Below are positions 7,746 through 16,498 of a stretch of DNA of 64,000 nt, piece after piece. The number at the start of each line of letters is the position of its first letter. Position 1 is the first letter of the stretch. Source of the DNA: Bacilli bacterium. Lineage in GTDB: Bacteria; Bacillota_I; Bacilli_A; RFN20; CAG-826. The stretch lies in contig JBJEDT010000025.1 of assembly GCA_051872335.1 (NCBI GenBank), positions 51,365-115,364 on the forward strand. The letters are read 5' to 3'. A program made the translations under genes and the position numbers. The notes below the pieces were generated by a model. That model saw only the letters and a program-made list of their open reading frames with translations. It was not told where the DNA came from and searched no databases.

Positions 7746-10181
7746 ATGAAAAAAAATACAAATTCAAAAATCTTATTTGCTTTATCATTAATGTTTGCTA
7801 CTTCAGCTTTAGGATTAATTTCTTTTGGGACAATGTGTGCTTTCCAAAATAAAGAACAACAATCTTTTGAATATCAAACAGATATTAAACCTTTAACTTC
7901 TTATTTTGATGGTGGAATAGGAACATTATCTAACCCATACATAATTAGTAGCGAAGAAACTTTTATAAACTTTCAAAAGCTAGTACAACTTGGATGTTTT
8001 ACATATAATACATACTTTAATTTAGGTGCAGATATTACTTTTAGTGATGATACTATTCTAGAACCTATCGGAACCGAAAACTGCCCATTCAATTCTCAAT
8101 TTGATGGTATGGGATATAAATTATCAAACATTAAAGTATCTTCTGTTAACCATGAGGATGTAGGTGTATTTGGGTATGTTGGTTCAGGTTCATATATTAA
8201 AAATTTAATTCTAGATACACCTTCAATTACTTCAACAGGTCCCTCAACAAAGGTTGATAACCCACTTGAAGGAATTGTACCTTCTAGTTCTATTACTACA
8301 CCAACATATACAACTACAAGTGTAACGATGTCTAGTCGTGTTGTTGAAGGGACAGATTCAAATAATTACACAGTATACTTCCGTTCTGCTAATAAAGGTA
8401 TATTAACTGATGATGGTGTTTTACAAACTGCTAATATTACAAATAATAAAAAGTTTGCAATTCATGTAGATGCTATTATTACAACCTCTATTCTAGTTAA
8501 TAATGAACCTATGGTTGTTACTTATGTAGCTGATAGATTCGCTGTGTATATAGAAAATAAAGCTATACTTGAAACTGAAGGCGTTGTAAGCTTATTTGAT
8601 AGGTCCGATGATGGTGATGGAACTTATACAACAAAAGATCCTCATTATTATGAGGATCAAAATGGTGCAAGAGTCTTAGATGATGTTGTATATTTAGGAC
8701 TATTTGTTGGGCATATTGATGGAGAAGCTTCTTATATTGGTGTATATAATGGCACTTTAACAGCTAATACCAGAGAAACTATATCACATTCATCAATAAT
8801 TGGAAAACATAAAGATGATACCTTACTTAATTCTCTTGATAATGATTACTACTATCAAGACATAAATTTTTCAGAAATGATTACTGCCGTCCCTTCATTG
8901 GGTGATACAGGATACGTAAATACTCAAAATTTTAGTGCTTCTACCGGGGTTGGTCATGACACTGATTTTACAACGATTTTTAATAACACAAACACGAATC
9001 TTGAAGATATTGGAATTGAAATTCCAAATGCTTTTAGAATCTACAATTCTTTTGGGGTTTCCCCATTAGATTCAATTAATACACGTCAATTAGATGAAGA
9101 AACAGGCGAAATCTCTACAGAAATAGAGCCTATGGAAGGTATATATCTAAAAGAGGATATTGAAGAATCCATTACATGGAAAACAGTTCAATATAGATTT
9201 TATATTGGTAATTATAGCACAATGCACACAGTTAAAAATTATGTCCTAAATAATACACTTTGGTTATGGGCAATGCAGGAATATTTAGCAAATGGAGATT
9301 CTACAATAAGCGATATTTTAGGTAATTTATTTGATGGAGAAACAACTGTCTACTTAACTTTAAAGATTTCTTATTCAGTTTCAAATTGTGAAGCGGCTAA
9401 AGATACCATATTTAAATTATATTCTGCTGGTTTCTCAACAAAGAGTGTTCCAAACGACACTTATAACAACAAATTGAGCGCAGATAGCATCGACCAATTT
9501 GGACATGCTAATAATTCTAATATTACAAAAAAAACTATTGTAACAGGAACTGATGAATCTGGTAATGATATTACAACGGAAGAATGGCACTTTACAGATA
9601 TGGAAAGTAGTATTGCTCCTGTTGAATATATTGATAGTGATGGCAATATACAAACAAAAGATTTTGATCCATTAATATGTAGTCAAAACACGAGTTATAG
9701 TAATGTTATTCAGTCAAAAACAATATCTGTTGTAGCTAATACAAGTTCATCTAGTAGTTTCTTTAATAGATCAACTTACGCTCCTCTTTTTGGATTAGGT
9801 CTAGAAGGAATTAATGGGACAAATGCACAACTTGATATTTATCGTATAGAAATTCTTATTTCTCACGATCAAGGTAATTTTTCATATTCATTAGATAAAG
9901 TTGATTTCTTATACGATTTAAATGCTACATATGATAGCAGTGCTGCTACTTGGACAGGATGGGCAAAAAAAGAGTCTGGTGTTAAAATTTACTTTATCCT
10001 ACAAGATCTTGAAGATGGAGATACAAATACTAACTTAAATACAGGTGTTGTAATTACATATACACGTTCTAGTGGATATGGTTATAGAGTAACTGCTACA
10101 TATACTGTATTAGGTGATGCATCATATGCCCCTACAAATACAAGTGGTGCTCAAACAGCAACAATTACTGATGGAACATAA
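7746..10181 (+). CDS. Large secreted protein (811 aa), possible beta-helix/GLUG-like adhesin or fibre-associated protein
   Basis: Signal peptide …ISFGTMCAFQN (possibly SipW-type). N-terminal pattern SNPYIIS…YFNLGADITF…PIG…FDGMGYKLSNIKV…GVFGYVGSGSYIKNLIL is typical of parallel beta-helix surface proteins. S/T/N-rich throughout. Confidence 0.45.
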   Translation: MKKNTNSKILFALSLMFATSALGLISFGTMCAFQNKEQQSFEYQTDIKPLTSYFDGGIGTLSNPYIISSEETFINFQKLVQLGCFTYNTYFNLGADITFSDDTILEPIGTENCPFNSQFDGMGYKLSNIKVSSVNHEDVGVFGYVGSGSYIKNLILDTPSITSTGPSTKVDNPLEGIVPSSSITTPTYTTTSVTMSSRVVEGTDSNNYTVYFRSANKGILTDDGVLQTANITNNKKFAIHVDAIITTSILVNNEPMVVTYVADRFAVYIENKAILETEGVVSLFDRSDDGDGTYTTKDPHYYEDQNGARVLDDVVYLGLFVGHIDGEASYIGVYNGTLTANTRETISHSSIIGKHKDDTLLNSLDNDYYYQDINFSEMITAVPSLGDTGYVNTQNFSASTGVGHDTDFTTIFNNTNTNLEDIGIEIPNAFRIYNSFGVSPLDSINTRQLDEETGEISTEIEPMEGIYLKEDIEESITWKTVQYRFYIGNYSTMHTVKNYVLNNTLWLWAMQEYLANGDSTISDILGNLFDGETTVYLTLKISYSVSNCEAAKDTIFKLYSAGFSTKSVPNDTYNNKLSADSIDQFGHANNSNITKKTIVTGTDESGNDITTEEWHFTDMESSIAPVEYIDSDGNIQTKDFDPLICSQNTSYSNVIQSKTISVVANTSSSSSFFNRSTYAPLFGLGLEGINGTNAQLDIYRIEILISHDQGNFSYSLDKVDFLYDLNATYDSSAATWTGWAKKESGVKIYFILQDLEDGDTNTNLNTGVVITYTRSSGYGYRVTATYTVLGDASYAPTNTSGAQTATITDGT

Positions 10182-10207
10182 AAATAGATTAATTTTATAA
10201 ACATATT

Positions 10208-10275
10208 AAAAGAGCCTTACCTAAATAATTCTTAATAAAAATAAGAATAATTTAGGTAAGGCTCTTTTTATTTAT
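10208..10275. terminator. Bidirectional rho-independent terminator between convergent genes (about 23-bp stem)
   Basis: aaagagccttacctaaataattc / gaataatttaggtaaggctcttt inverted repeat. It is followed by TTATTTAT on the + strand and by a T-rich run on the - strand. Confidence 0.7.
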
Positions 10276-10278
10276 ATA

Positions 10279-11187
10279 TTAACTAGCAAACAATGATAAT
10301 GCAGTAACTGAAAATGATAATAATTGATAACAGTTAGATGAACCATTTTCTTTATCTTTATAATAATATATATCATTACCAGAACGTCGAGAATAAGTAT
10401 AATATGTATCACTAGCATTTGAGAATTCTATTGTAAAGAATACAACAATTGTTTTTCCACTTAATGACGTTCCGGAAACATAAGATAAGTCAACTCCATC
10501 AAAGTTACTTCCATCTCCTGATTCATTAAATACGTCAGTTAATGAAGTATCTCTATCACTTAATTCATAACCATTTAAGAAATTTAATGCTGAAGTATTC
10601 ATAGTTGCATTATCTTCTTTTAGCATAGCTCCTGAATAAATATTAATAGCTTCTGATAAATATATACCACCTAATACTTCGTCAGTATCTTTATCTACTT
10701 TATACATAGTAAGGACATCTTCCTCAACTAGAGTAGCAGTATAATTTGTTGAAGTATATTTTGTAATAGAAAGACCTGCACGAGATATTTGAGAAGATGA
10801 ACTTATAGTTAATTCAAAAGCATAAGTATATCGTGTATCAGGGAATATATCAGTAATATTCCACAATTCAGATGCAGACTCACTCATTTCAATAAAATCA
10901 GATGAATATGTACAAGTACTTATCTCAGCATAATCTTGATAACCAGTATATTTAGTTATTCCGTCATCATCTGTAGTATAGTTTCCTGAATAATACATTA
11001 ATTTATAGTTTTCAACCGATTCATCAATAGTAATATTAGAATTTCCTAAATCTGCATTTCGATTAACAGTAAACCAAGCGAATGTTGCTGTTGCAGCTGC
11101 TCCAAAAGAAATGAGTAAAACAAAAGCACTAAGTAAAACTTGTTTTAATTTAAACTTATTTAGTTCAAGTTTCATACTTTTGTCCAT
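10279..11187 (-). CDS. TasA/camelysin-family secreted protein (SipW-cognate signal peptide)
   Basis: N-terminus …GAAATATFAWFTVNRN…. The C-terminal region is S/T-rich. Confidence 0.6.
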   Translation of the reverse strand: MDKSMKLELNKFKLKQVLLSAFVLLISFGAAATATFAWFTVNRNADLGNSNITIDESVENYKLMYYSGNYTTDDDGITKYTGYQDYAEISTCTYSSDFIEMSESASELWNITDIFPDTRYTYAFELTISSSSQISRAGLSITKYTSTNYTATLVEEDVLTMYKVDKDTDEVLGGIYLSEAINIYSGAMLKEDNATMNTSALNFLNGYELSDRDTSLTDVFNESGDGSNFDGVDLSYVSGTSLSGKTIVVFFTIEFSNASDTYYTYSRRSGNDIYYYKDKENGSSNCYQLLSFSVTALSLFAS

Positions 11188-11222
11188 CTCCTTTCTTTAT
11201 GTTGCTACAAATTAACTTAATT

Positions 11223-11948
11223 TTATTCAAATGGTTTATTAAAGTCTTGGAATAATAAGTTCAATAATTGTCCGATTTCAGGAGCTTGTTCAACCCCAAC
11301 ACGAACTCTTGATAATAATTGGTGATTGTTACCTACTTCATATGAACAAGCCTTAAAAACAACTAAAGGTATATCATATAAATAACATGCTGCAGCAAAG
11401 CCAGCAGCTTCGGTATCAACTGCAAGAACATTATTAATTTTACTAAAATGTTCTTGAATAGTAACTTTAACATCATCTAAATTAGAATGGAATTTATTTG
11501 ATGAAAGCAAAACACCTTGAACGATACGTTTGTTCTTATTCATACCATTTAAAGCATGAATAGTTTGAACAGTATCAAAATCTGAAGTATAGAACATTGG
11601 AAGTTCAGGTATTTGACCATAACGATATTTACCTAAAGCAAGTAGATCAACATCCATTGCATAAACTCTATCTGCAATAAATAAATCACCTTGGTCAAGG
11701 TTTGGTGAAATTGAAGAAACTGTTCCAATATTTACTACTAAATATGGTTTATATTTTTCAATTAATAATGCTGTAATCATAGCAGCCATTTCTTGTCCAT
11801 ATCCAGTCATGGCACATGCAATTTCTTTACCACCGAAAATTCCAATATAAACATCATAACGATTAGCTATGACTTCTACACGAGGGTCAATAATTCTTTT
11901 TTGAATATACTCGACATCATCTAAACGAGCACCAACAATTAAAATCAT
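11223..11948 (-). CDS. mtnN: MTA/SAH nucleosidase (MtnN/Pfs) family protein, possibly catalytically divergent
   Basis: Collinear with E. coli MtnN (ILIVGARLDDV vs IGIIGAMEEEV; AVDTEAAGFAAACYLYDIPLVVF vs [23 protein letters not shown]). The residue aligned by eye to the catalytic Asp197 (SD) is SY here. Confidence 0.6.
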   Translation of the reverse strand: MILIVGARLDDVEYIQKRIIDPRVEVIANRYDVYIGIFGGKEIACAMTGYGQEMAAMITALLIEKYKPYLVVNIGTVSSISPNLDQGDLFIADRVYAMDVDLLALGKYRYGQIPELPMFYTSDFDTVQTIHALNGMNKNKRIVQGVLLSSNKFHSNLDDVKVTIQEHFSKINNVLAVDTEAAGFAAACYLYDIPLVVFKACSYEVGNNHQLLSRVRVGVEQAPEIGQLLNLLFQDFNKPFE

Positions 11949-11960
11949 TAGTCATCCCTC

Positions 11961-13505
11961 CTATTTCTTACGTTCGAATTCATTATTCTTTAAGAATAAT
12001 TCGAACTCTTCTCTACTTAAAGGTTTTGAATAATAATAACCTTGAATGAAGTCACATTCTGAAGCCTTACAAATAGCAACTTGTTTAGCAGTTTGAATAC
12101 CTTCAGCAACAACTTTCATATCGAGAGCCTTTGCCATCGCAATAGTAGTTTTTGCAATATCACGTGACTTCTTATCAACTTCGACAGAATCAAAGAAAGA
12201 TTTATCAATCTTTAAAGTATCCATCGGTAATTTACGTAAGTTAGATAATGATGAATATCCAGTACCAAAATCATCAACAGCTAACTTAATGTGTAAAGCT
12301 TTTAATTGTTTAATAATAGATAATAAATATAGCATATCTCTACGAGCACTTGATTCAGTTAATTCAAGTTCAAGTTGTAAAGGAGATACCCCAAATTTTT
12401 CCATCGTTTCAGTTAAGAATTGAATAAGGTCAGTACGATAAATACCATTTCTTGAAAGGTTAACTGAAACATTAACTAAACGAGAACCTCTTTTTTTCCA
12501 GTATGCTAAGTCTTGGCAAACATGTTCAAACATATATCTATCAATTTCAATAATTTGATCATTACGTTCAGCAAATGGAATAAATGTTGCTGGGTTAACA
12601 ATACCTTTTGTTGGGTGTCTCCAACGAATAAGAGCTTCAGCACCAGTAAATTTTTCAGCTTTTAAATCAAATTTAGGTTGATAGAAAACTTCAAACTCAT
12701 GATTCTTAATTGCGTTTTCAATATCGTGAGCAAGTTCAAGTTCATCAATACTCTTTTGAATCATTGATTCTTCAAAAATAACAATGTTACCTTCTAGAGG
12801 CATATACATAGAGTTACGAGCAACTTCACAACGAGTAACAATATCATCAATAGATAATTTTTTATCATCTTCACATAAACATGTTTTATATGTTAATGTT
12901 GTAGGAACTCCTTTTTTATGAACATTAGAGTTAATAGCTTGATATAAAGCATCCATTTCTTTAATAATGGTTTTAGCATCATCAGCTTCCATATAAATTA
13001 AGAAAGCACCAGATGATCTTAAACCATATAATACGTTGTTAGCATTAACTTTGTAACGACCAACAATCGTTTCAGCAGCACAACGTGTCATTGCACGTGA
13101 AACATCTAAAGATGCTGTTGTAACACCACTACCGACAACATCAGAAGGCTTATCTAAATCAAGAGTTCCAATATAAGTAAATCTTCTATTTTTAATATTT
13201 CTTCTTTTTTCAACACCTAAATGAAAGTAGTTTTCATTATAAATATTATAATTACGATCGTAATAAGCAAGGTGATATTCACGAGATTCAGCAGCCCTTA
13301 CACGAACAGAACGTGCTGTGATTAACAAACCTAAAGCAATTAATATGCCAAGGAAAGAGCCACCTATATAGTAGTAATATGTTTGATCTAGTGGATGTCT
13401 TAAGAAAAACCATACTAATACACCAACACCAGCTGCAAAGAATAAATATCCAAAAATATTAAGTAAAATAATTTTTGTTTTAGCTTTTTTCATATTACTT
13501 ATCAC
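11961..13505 (-). CDS. Membrane-anchored degenerate-GGDEF/EAL c-di-GMP phosphodiesterase
   Basis: Two N-terminal TM helices. EAL-domain motifs EVFYQPK…GAEALIRW…, a DDFGTGYSS-type stretch and QG.Y are present. No intact GGDEF motif. The start overlaps the upstream sipW-like stop by 11 bp. Confidence 0.7.
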   Translation of the reverse strand: MISNMKKAKTKIILLNIFGYLFFAAGVGVLVWFFLRHPLDQTYYYYIGGSFLGILIALGLLITARSVRVRAAESREYHLAYYDRNYNIYNENYFHLGVEKRRNIKNRRFTYIGTLDLDKPSDVVGSGVTTASLDVSRAMTRCAAETIVGRYKVNANNVLYGLRSSGAFLIYMEADDAKTIIKEMDALYQAINSNVHKKGVPTTLTYKTCLCEDDKKLSIDDIVTRCEVARNSMYMPLEGNIVIFEESMIQKSIDELELAHDIENAIKNHEFEVFYQPKFDLKAEKFTGAEALIRWRHPTKGIVNPATFIPFAERNDQIIEIDRYMFEHVCQDLAYWKKRGSRLVNVSVNLSRNGIYRTDLIQFLTETMEKFGVSPLQLELELTESSARRDMLYLLSIIKQLKALHIKLAVDDFGTGYSSLSNLRKLPMDTLKIDKSFFDSVEVDKKSRDIAKTTIAMAKALDMKVVAEGIQTAKQVAICKASECDFIQGYYYSKPLSREEFELFLKNNEFERKK

Positions 13506-14262
13506 CTTCCCTTTCTTCTTTATCTTTTAAGTTTTCGTCTTTATTTTCTTTTTTTAATTCATCAAGAATTTGATTCTTCATTTCTTGTTTTAGTCTTTCC
13601 ATTTCTTCTTCGTGAGTCTCAAGACCTTCTTGTTTTCTTTTCTTTTCCATCTCATTTTCAACATGTACTAAACGTGCTTGTTTAATAAAATCAATAATGG
13701 AAACAATAAGAACATATCCTCCAGGAATCATTATTAGTAAAAATGAGACCAATGGTTTAGAAATAAATGAATAAACTACACCAAGTGAATAGGAATTTTT
13801 AACAACTTTACCAATAAGATAGTTACTATTAATAAAGTCATGTGGTTTTCCTTCACAACCACTTGTTCCACAAGATGAAGCTTCCATATTATCACCAAAA
13901 CATTCTAGTGTATATGTACCATCCTCATTTGCAGATATACCAACTAATCGATGAGTTACAATTTTATCATCGGATGTTCGATAAAATGTAATAATATCAC
14001 CTTCAACAATTATATTACCTTCTTCATCTACTTGTTTGGCAACTAATGTCGAAGGATCTACTTCTTTAACAATTACCATAGAATCAACTTTTAAAGTTGG
14101 CTCCATAGAATCAGTATAGACAATCAAAAATGATGTTTTACCAATTTGTGGTACTCCATAATTTCCTTGTCTTGATGTAAGTGAAATAATATTAATACCA
14201 AAGAAAAGGACTACAAAAACTGATAATAAAATTGATGCAATAATTTTAAGTTTCTTTTTCAT
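13495..14262 (-). CDS. sipW: SipW-type (archaeal/ER-type) signal peptidase I with C-terminal TM anchor and K/E-rich tail
   Basis: N-terminal TM, then catalytic-Ser motif YTDSMEPTLKVDSMVIV (SMEP, as in SipW). A second TM lies near residue 170, followed by a 60-aa K/E/D-rich tail. Confidence 0.7.
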   Translation of the reverse strand: MKKKLKIIASILLSVFVVLFFGINIISLTSRQGNYGVPQIGKTSFLIVYTDSMEPTLKVDSMVIVKEVDPSTLVAKQVDEEGNIIVEGDIITFYRTSDDKIVTHRLVGISANEDGTYTLECFGDNMEASSCGTSGCEGKPHDFINSNYLIGKVVKNSYSLGVVYSFISKPLVSFLLIMIPGGYVLIVSIIDFIKQARLVHVENEMEKKRKQEGLETHEEEMERLKQEMKNQILDELKKENKDENLKDKEEREGDK

Positions 14263-14282
14263 CAGTTTCTCCTTTCCTCATT

Positions 14283-16412
14283 TTATGCGTTATTGTTGTT
14301 ATCGTCAGAATATTCAAAGTCGAAGTCATCATCATCAAAAGATTCTTCATCTTCCTCTTCTTCAAATTGTTGATCAACAATTTTCTTAGCTTCTTCTTCG
14401 TTTTCAATGTAATCGCTGTTATCTTCTATTTCTTCTTCATTAGAATTATCATCTTCATTATTTTCTTCATTAATTTCTTCTTGTTCTAATAATGTAGATT
14501 CGTTGTCTTCTTCTAAAGAAGTAGAAGTTTCTAAAGTTTCAGATGATTCTTCTTGATTATCGATATTATTATCAATATCCTCTGCATAAGTAAAATCATC
14601 GTCTTCTTCATCAAATTCATCAAGTCCAGCGTTACGACGATATGCTTCTTGAGCCATACGCAATGCTTCTAGTTTTGCTTGAGCTTTAGCAATTAATTCA
14701 TTACGTAAAGATTGTTGACGACGTCTTTCTTCTTCAAGTAACATTTCACGTTGTCTTTGTTCACGTTCAAGTTTTGCTTGTTCACGTGCAGCAATCTTAT
14801 CCTCAATAGCTTTTTTACGAGCTTCTTCCTTAGCCTTAATTTCTTCCATTCGTGCTCTACGACTTTCTTCCTCGATTTTAAACATTTCTTCAGCTTCCTC
14901 AAGGAGTCGCTTTTCTTCTTCCTCTTCTTCAGTTAAGCCAGAAGGACGAAGAACTTTTAATTCGGCTAAACGATCTTGCTCAGCTTGACGTTTTGCATTT
15001 TCACGTGCACGATTTAATGCATCTCTTTCTGCATCAAGAATTGCCTTTTCACGAGCTTTCTCTCGAGCAATTCTTTCTTCTTCAAGACGTTTTGCTTCTG
15101 CTTTTTCAAAAGCAATACGTGCTCTTTCTTCTGCAGCTTTTTGTTCTGCACGCATTTTTGCAATACGCTCTTCTTCTTTTTGCTTTGCAAGAGCTCTTTG
15201 TTTTTCTCTTTCTAAACGTTTTTGTTCAAGCACTTTGAGTTTTGCTAATCGTGCTTGTTCTTGTTTCTTTCTTAGATTTCTCATTTTAGGAGTTAAGTTT
15301 CTAGAAATTTCACTGCTTCCAGTTCCACCAACATAACGACCCTCAATATCAAATTTAGAATCCAAGAAATCTTTATCAATTACTCTATTACCAATCTTTG
15401 GTTGAATACGATAAGCCTTAACTTTTGCAAGGTCTATCATACGAGTCTTGTTTGTTTGTAAGGATATAATTCCTCCAAACATATTTTTTTGTAATTCATC
15501 AACATAAGGTTCATCAAATTTAGCTGATGTTTCCTTAACATGAATTGAAATACCTAACTTATCGTATGACTCCATAAATTTCCATAAAATATGAGCTTTT
15601 TTATAGTTAGGGTTTTTAACAATAATGTTTGTTAACATAATAGGTGAGTTAACAGGTTTACAATCTTTTAATTGTTCCATAAACCAGCTTTGTGAAAGGT
15701 AAGCTAATCTACGACGAAGTAATGCAATCTTTTTTAAAAGCAATTCATTAGCTTCCCTATTACCTTCATCAGCTGAAGGAACAGAAATTTTAACTTTAGT
15801 TTCATATTCATATAAAACTTCACCAACTTGAACTTTGTTTTTAACGACAACTGCATCTGAGTCACGTGTATCAGCGTGTTTTGTAATATAATCATATCTT
15901 TTATTAATGAAGTTTAAAGCACGTTCAATACATGTTTTAATAAAACGGTTTTCATAAATTCCGTATTCATCTTCTGCAGTAACAGTAAGAATTTTATTAG
16001 GAATAATATTGCCATCTTTATCAATATCTTTAATATATTGAGTATGAGATGCTAAGTGAATAACTGATTCATTTGTAATTTTACGAGCTAATTCAATTGG
16101 TGTAATATAACGTTCAAGACGAATATGCTTTTTTGGATCTTTAGAAATGTTTTCTAAAGCAGGAATAGCATTTTCAAAGTGTTGAATCCAAAGTAGATCA
16201 TATTTTTTTGTCTCTGTACGAGATAATTGTGAAATTTCTTGATCTGGAGAATTTCTAATAGCAACTAAGAATTCACGTGAAGTTGGGTCACTATCAACAA
16301 CTTCATTAACTGCTTCAATATAGCGTTTATGAACATCATCAAATGGAGAAGGTCCTAGATTACTTAAATCAACAGGAGATTCTACTTGTTTGTTCTTTTC
16401 TTCATCTGCCAT
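14283..16412 (-). CDS. McrB-partner protein: unknown N-domain (about 370 aa) + roughly 230-aa K/E/R/A coiled coil + poly-acidic C-terminal tail
   Basis: Located 86 bp downstream of the McrB-like gene (the McrC position). N-domain contains DEYGIYENRFIK. Residues about 380-600 are REKAREKA…/AKRQAEQDRLAELK-type heptads. The C-terminus is …EEEEDEESFDDDDFDFEYSDDNNNNA. No PD-(D/E)xK nuclease motif was recognised. Confidence 0.6.
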   Translation of the reverse strand: MADEEKNKQVESPVDLSNLGPSPFDDVHKRYIEAVNEVVDSDPTSREFLVAIRNSPDQEISQLSRTETKKYDLLWIQHFENAIPALENISKDPKKHIRLERYITPIELARKITNESVIHLASHTQYIKDIDKDGNIIPNKILTVTAEDEYGIYENRFIKTCIERALNFINKRYDYITKHADTRDSDAVVVKNKVQVGEVLYEYETKVKISVPSADEGNREANELLLKKIALLRRRLAYLSQSWFMEQLKDCKPVNSPIMLTNIIVKNPNYKKAHILWKFMESYDKLGISIHVKETSAKFDEPYVDELQKNMFGGIISLQTNKTRMIDLAKVKAYRIQPKIGNRVIDKDFLDSKFDIEGRYVGGTGSSEISRNLTPKMRNLRKKQEQARLAKLKVLEQKRLEREKQRALAKQKEEERIAKMRAEQKAAEERARIAFEKAEAKRLEEERIAREKAREKAILDAERDALNRARENAKRQAEQDRLAELKVLRPSGLTEEEEEEKRLLEEAEEMFKIEEESRRARMEEIKAKEEARKKAIEDKIAAREQAKLEREQRQREMLLEEERRRQQSLRNELIAKAQAKLEALRMAQEAYRRNAGLDEFDEEDDDFTYAEDIDNNIDNQEESSETLETSTSLEEDNESTLLEQEEINEENNEDDNSNEEEIEDNSDYIENEEEAKKIVDQQFEEEEDEESFDDDDFDFEYSDDNNNNA

Positions 16413-16435
16413 TTTATAATCCTCCTTTCTTGAAA

Positions 16436-16498
16436 TTCATAATATATATAATAATGAAAATATAAATATATATAATATAAATAATATATATATAATAA
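16436..16498. repeat. (TA)n / ATA-rich simple-sequence tract in the McrB-like/partner intergenic region
   Basis: aatatatataataatgaaaatataaatatatataatataaataatatatatataataatt, seen directly. Confidence 0.7.
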
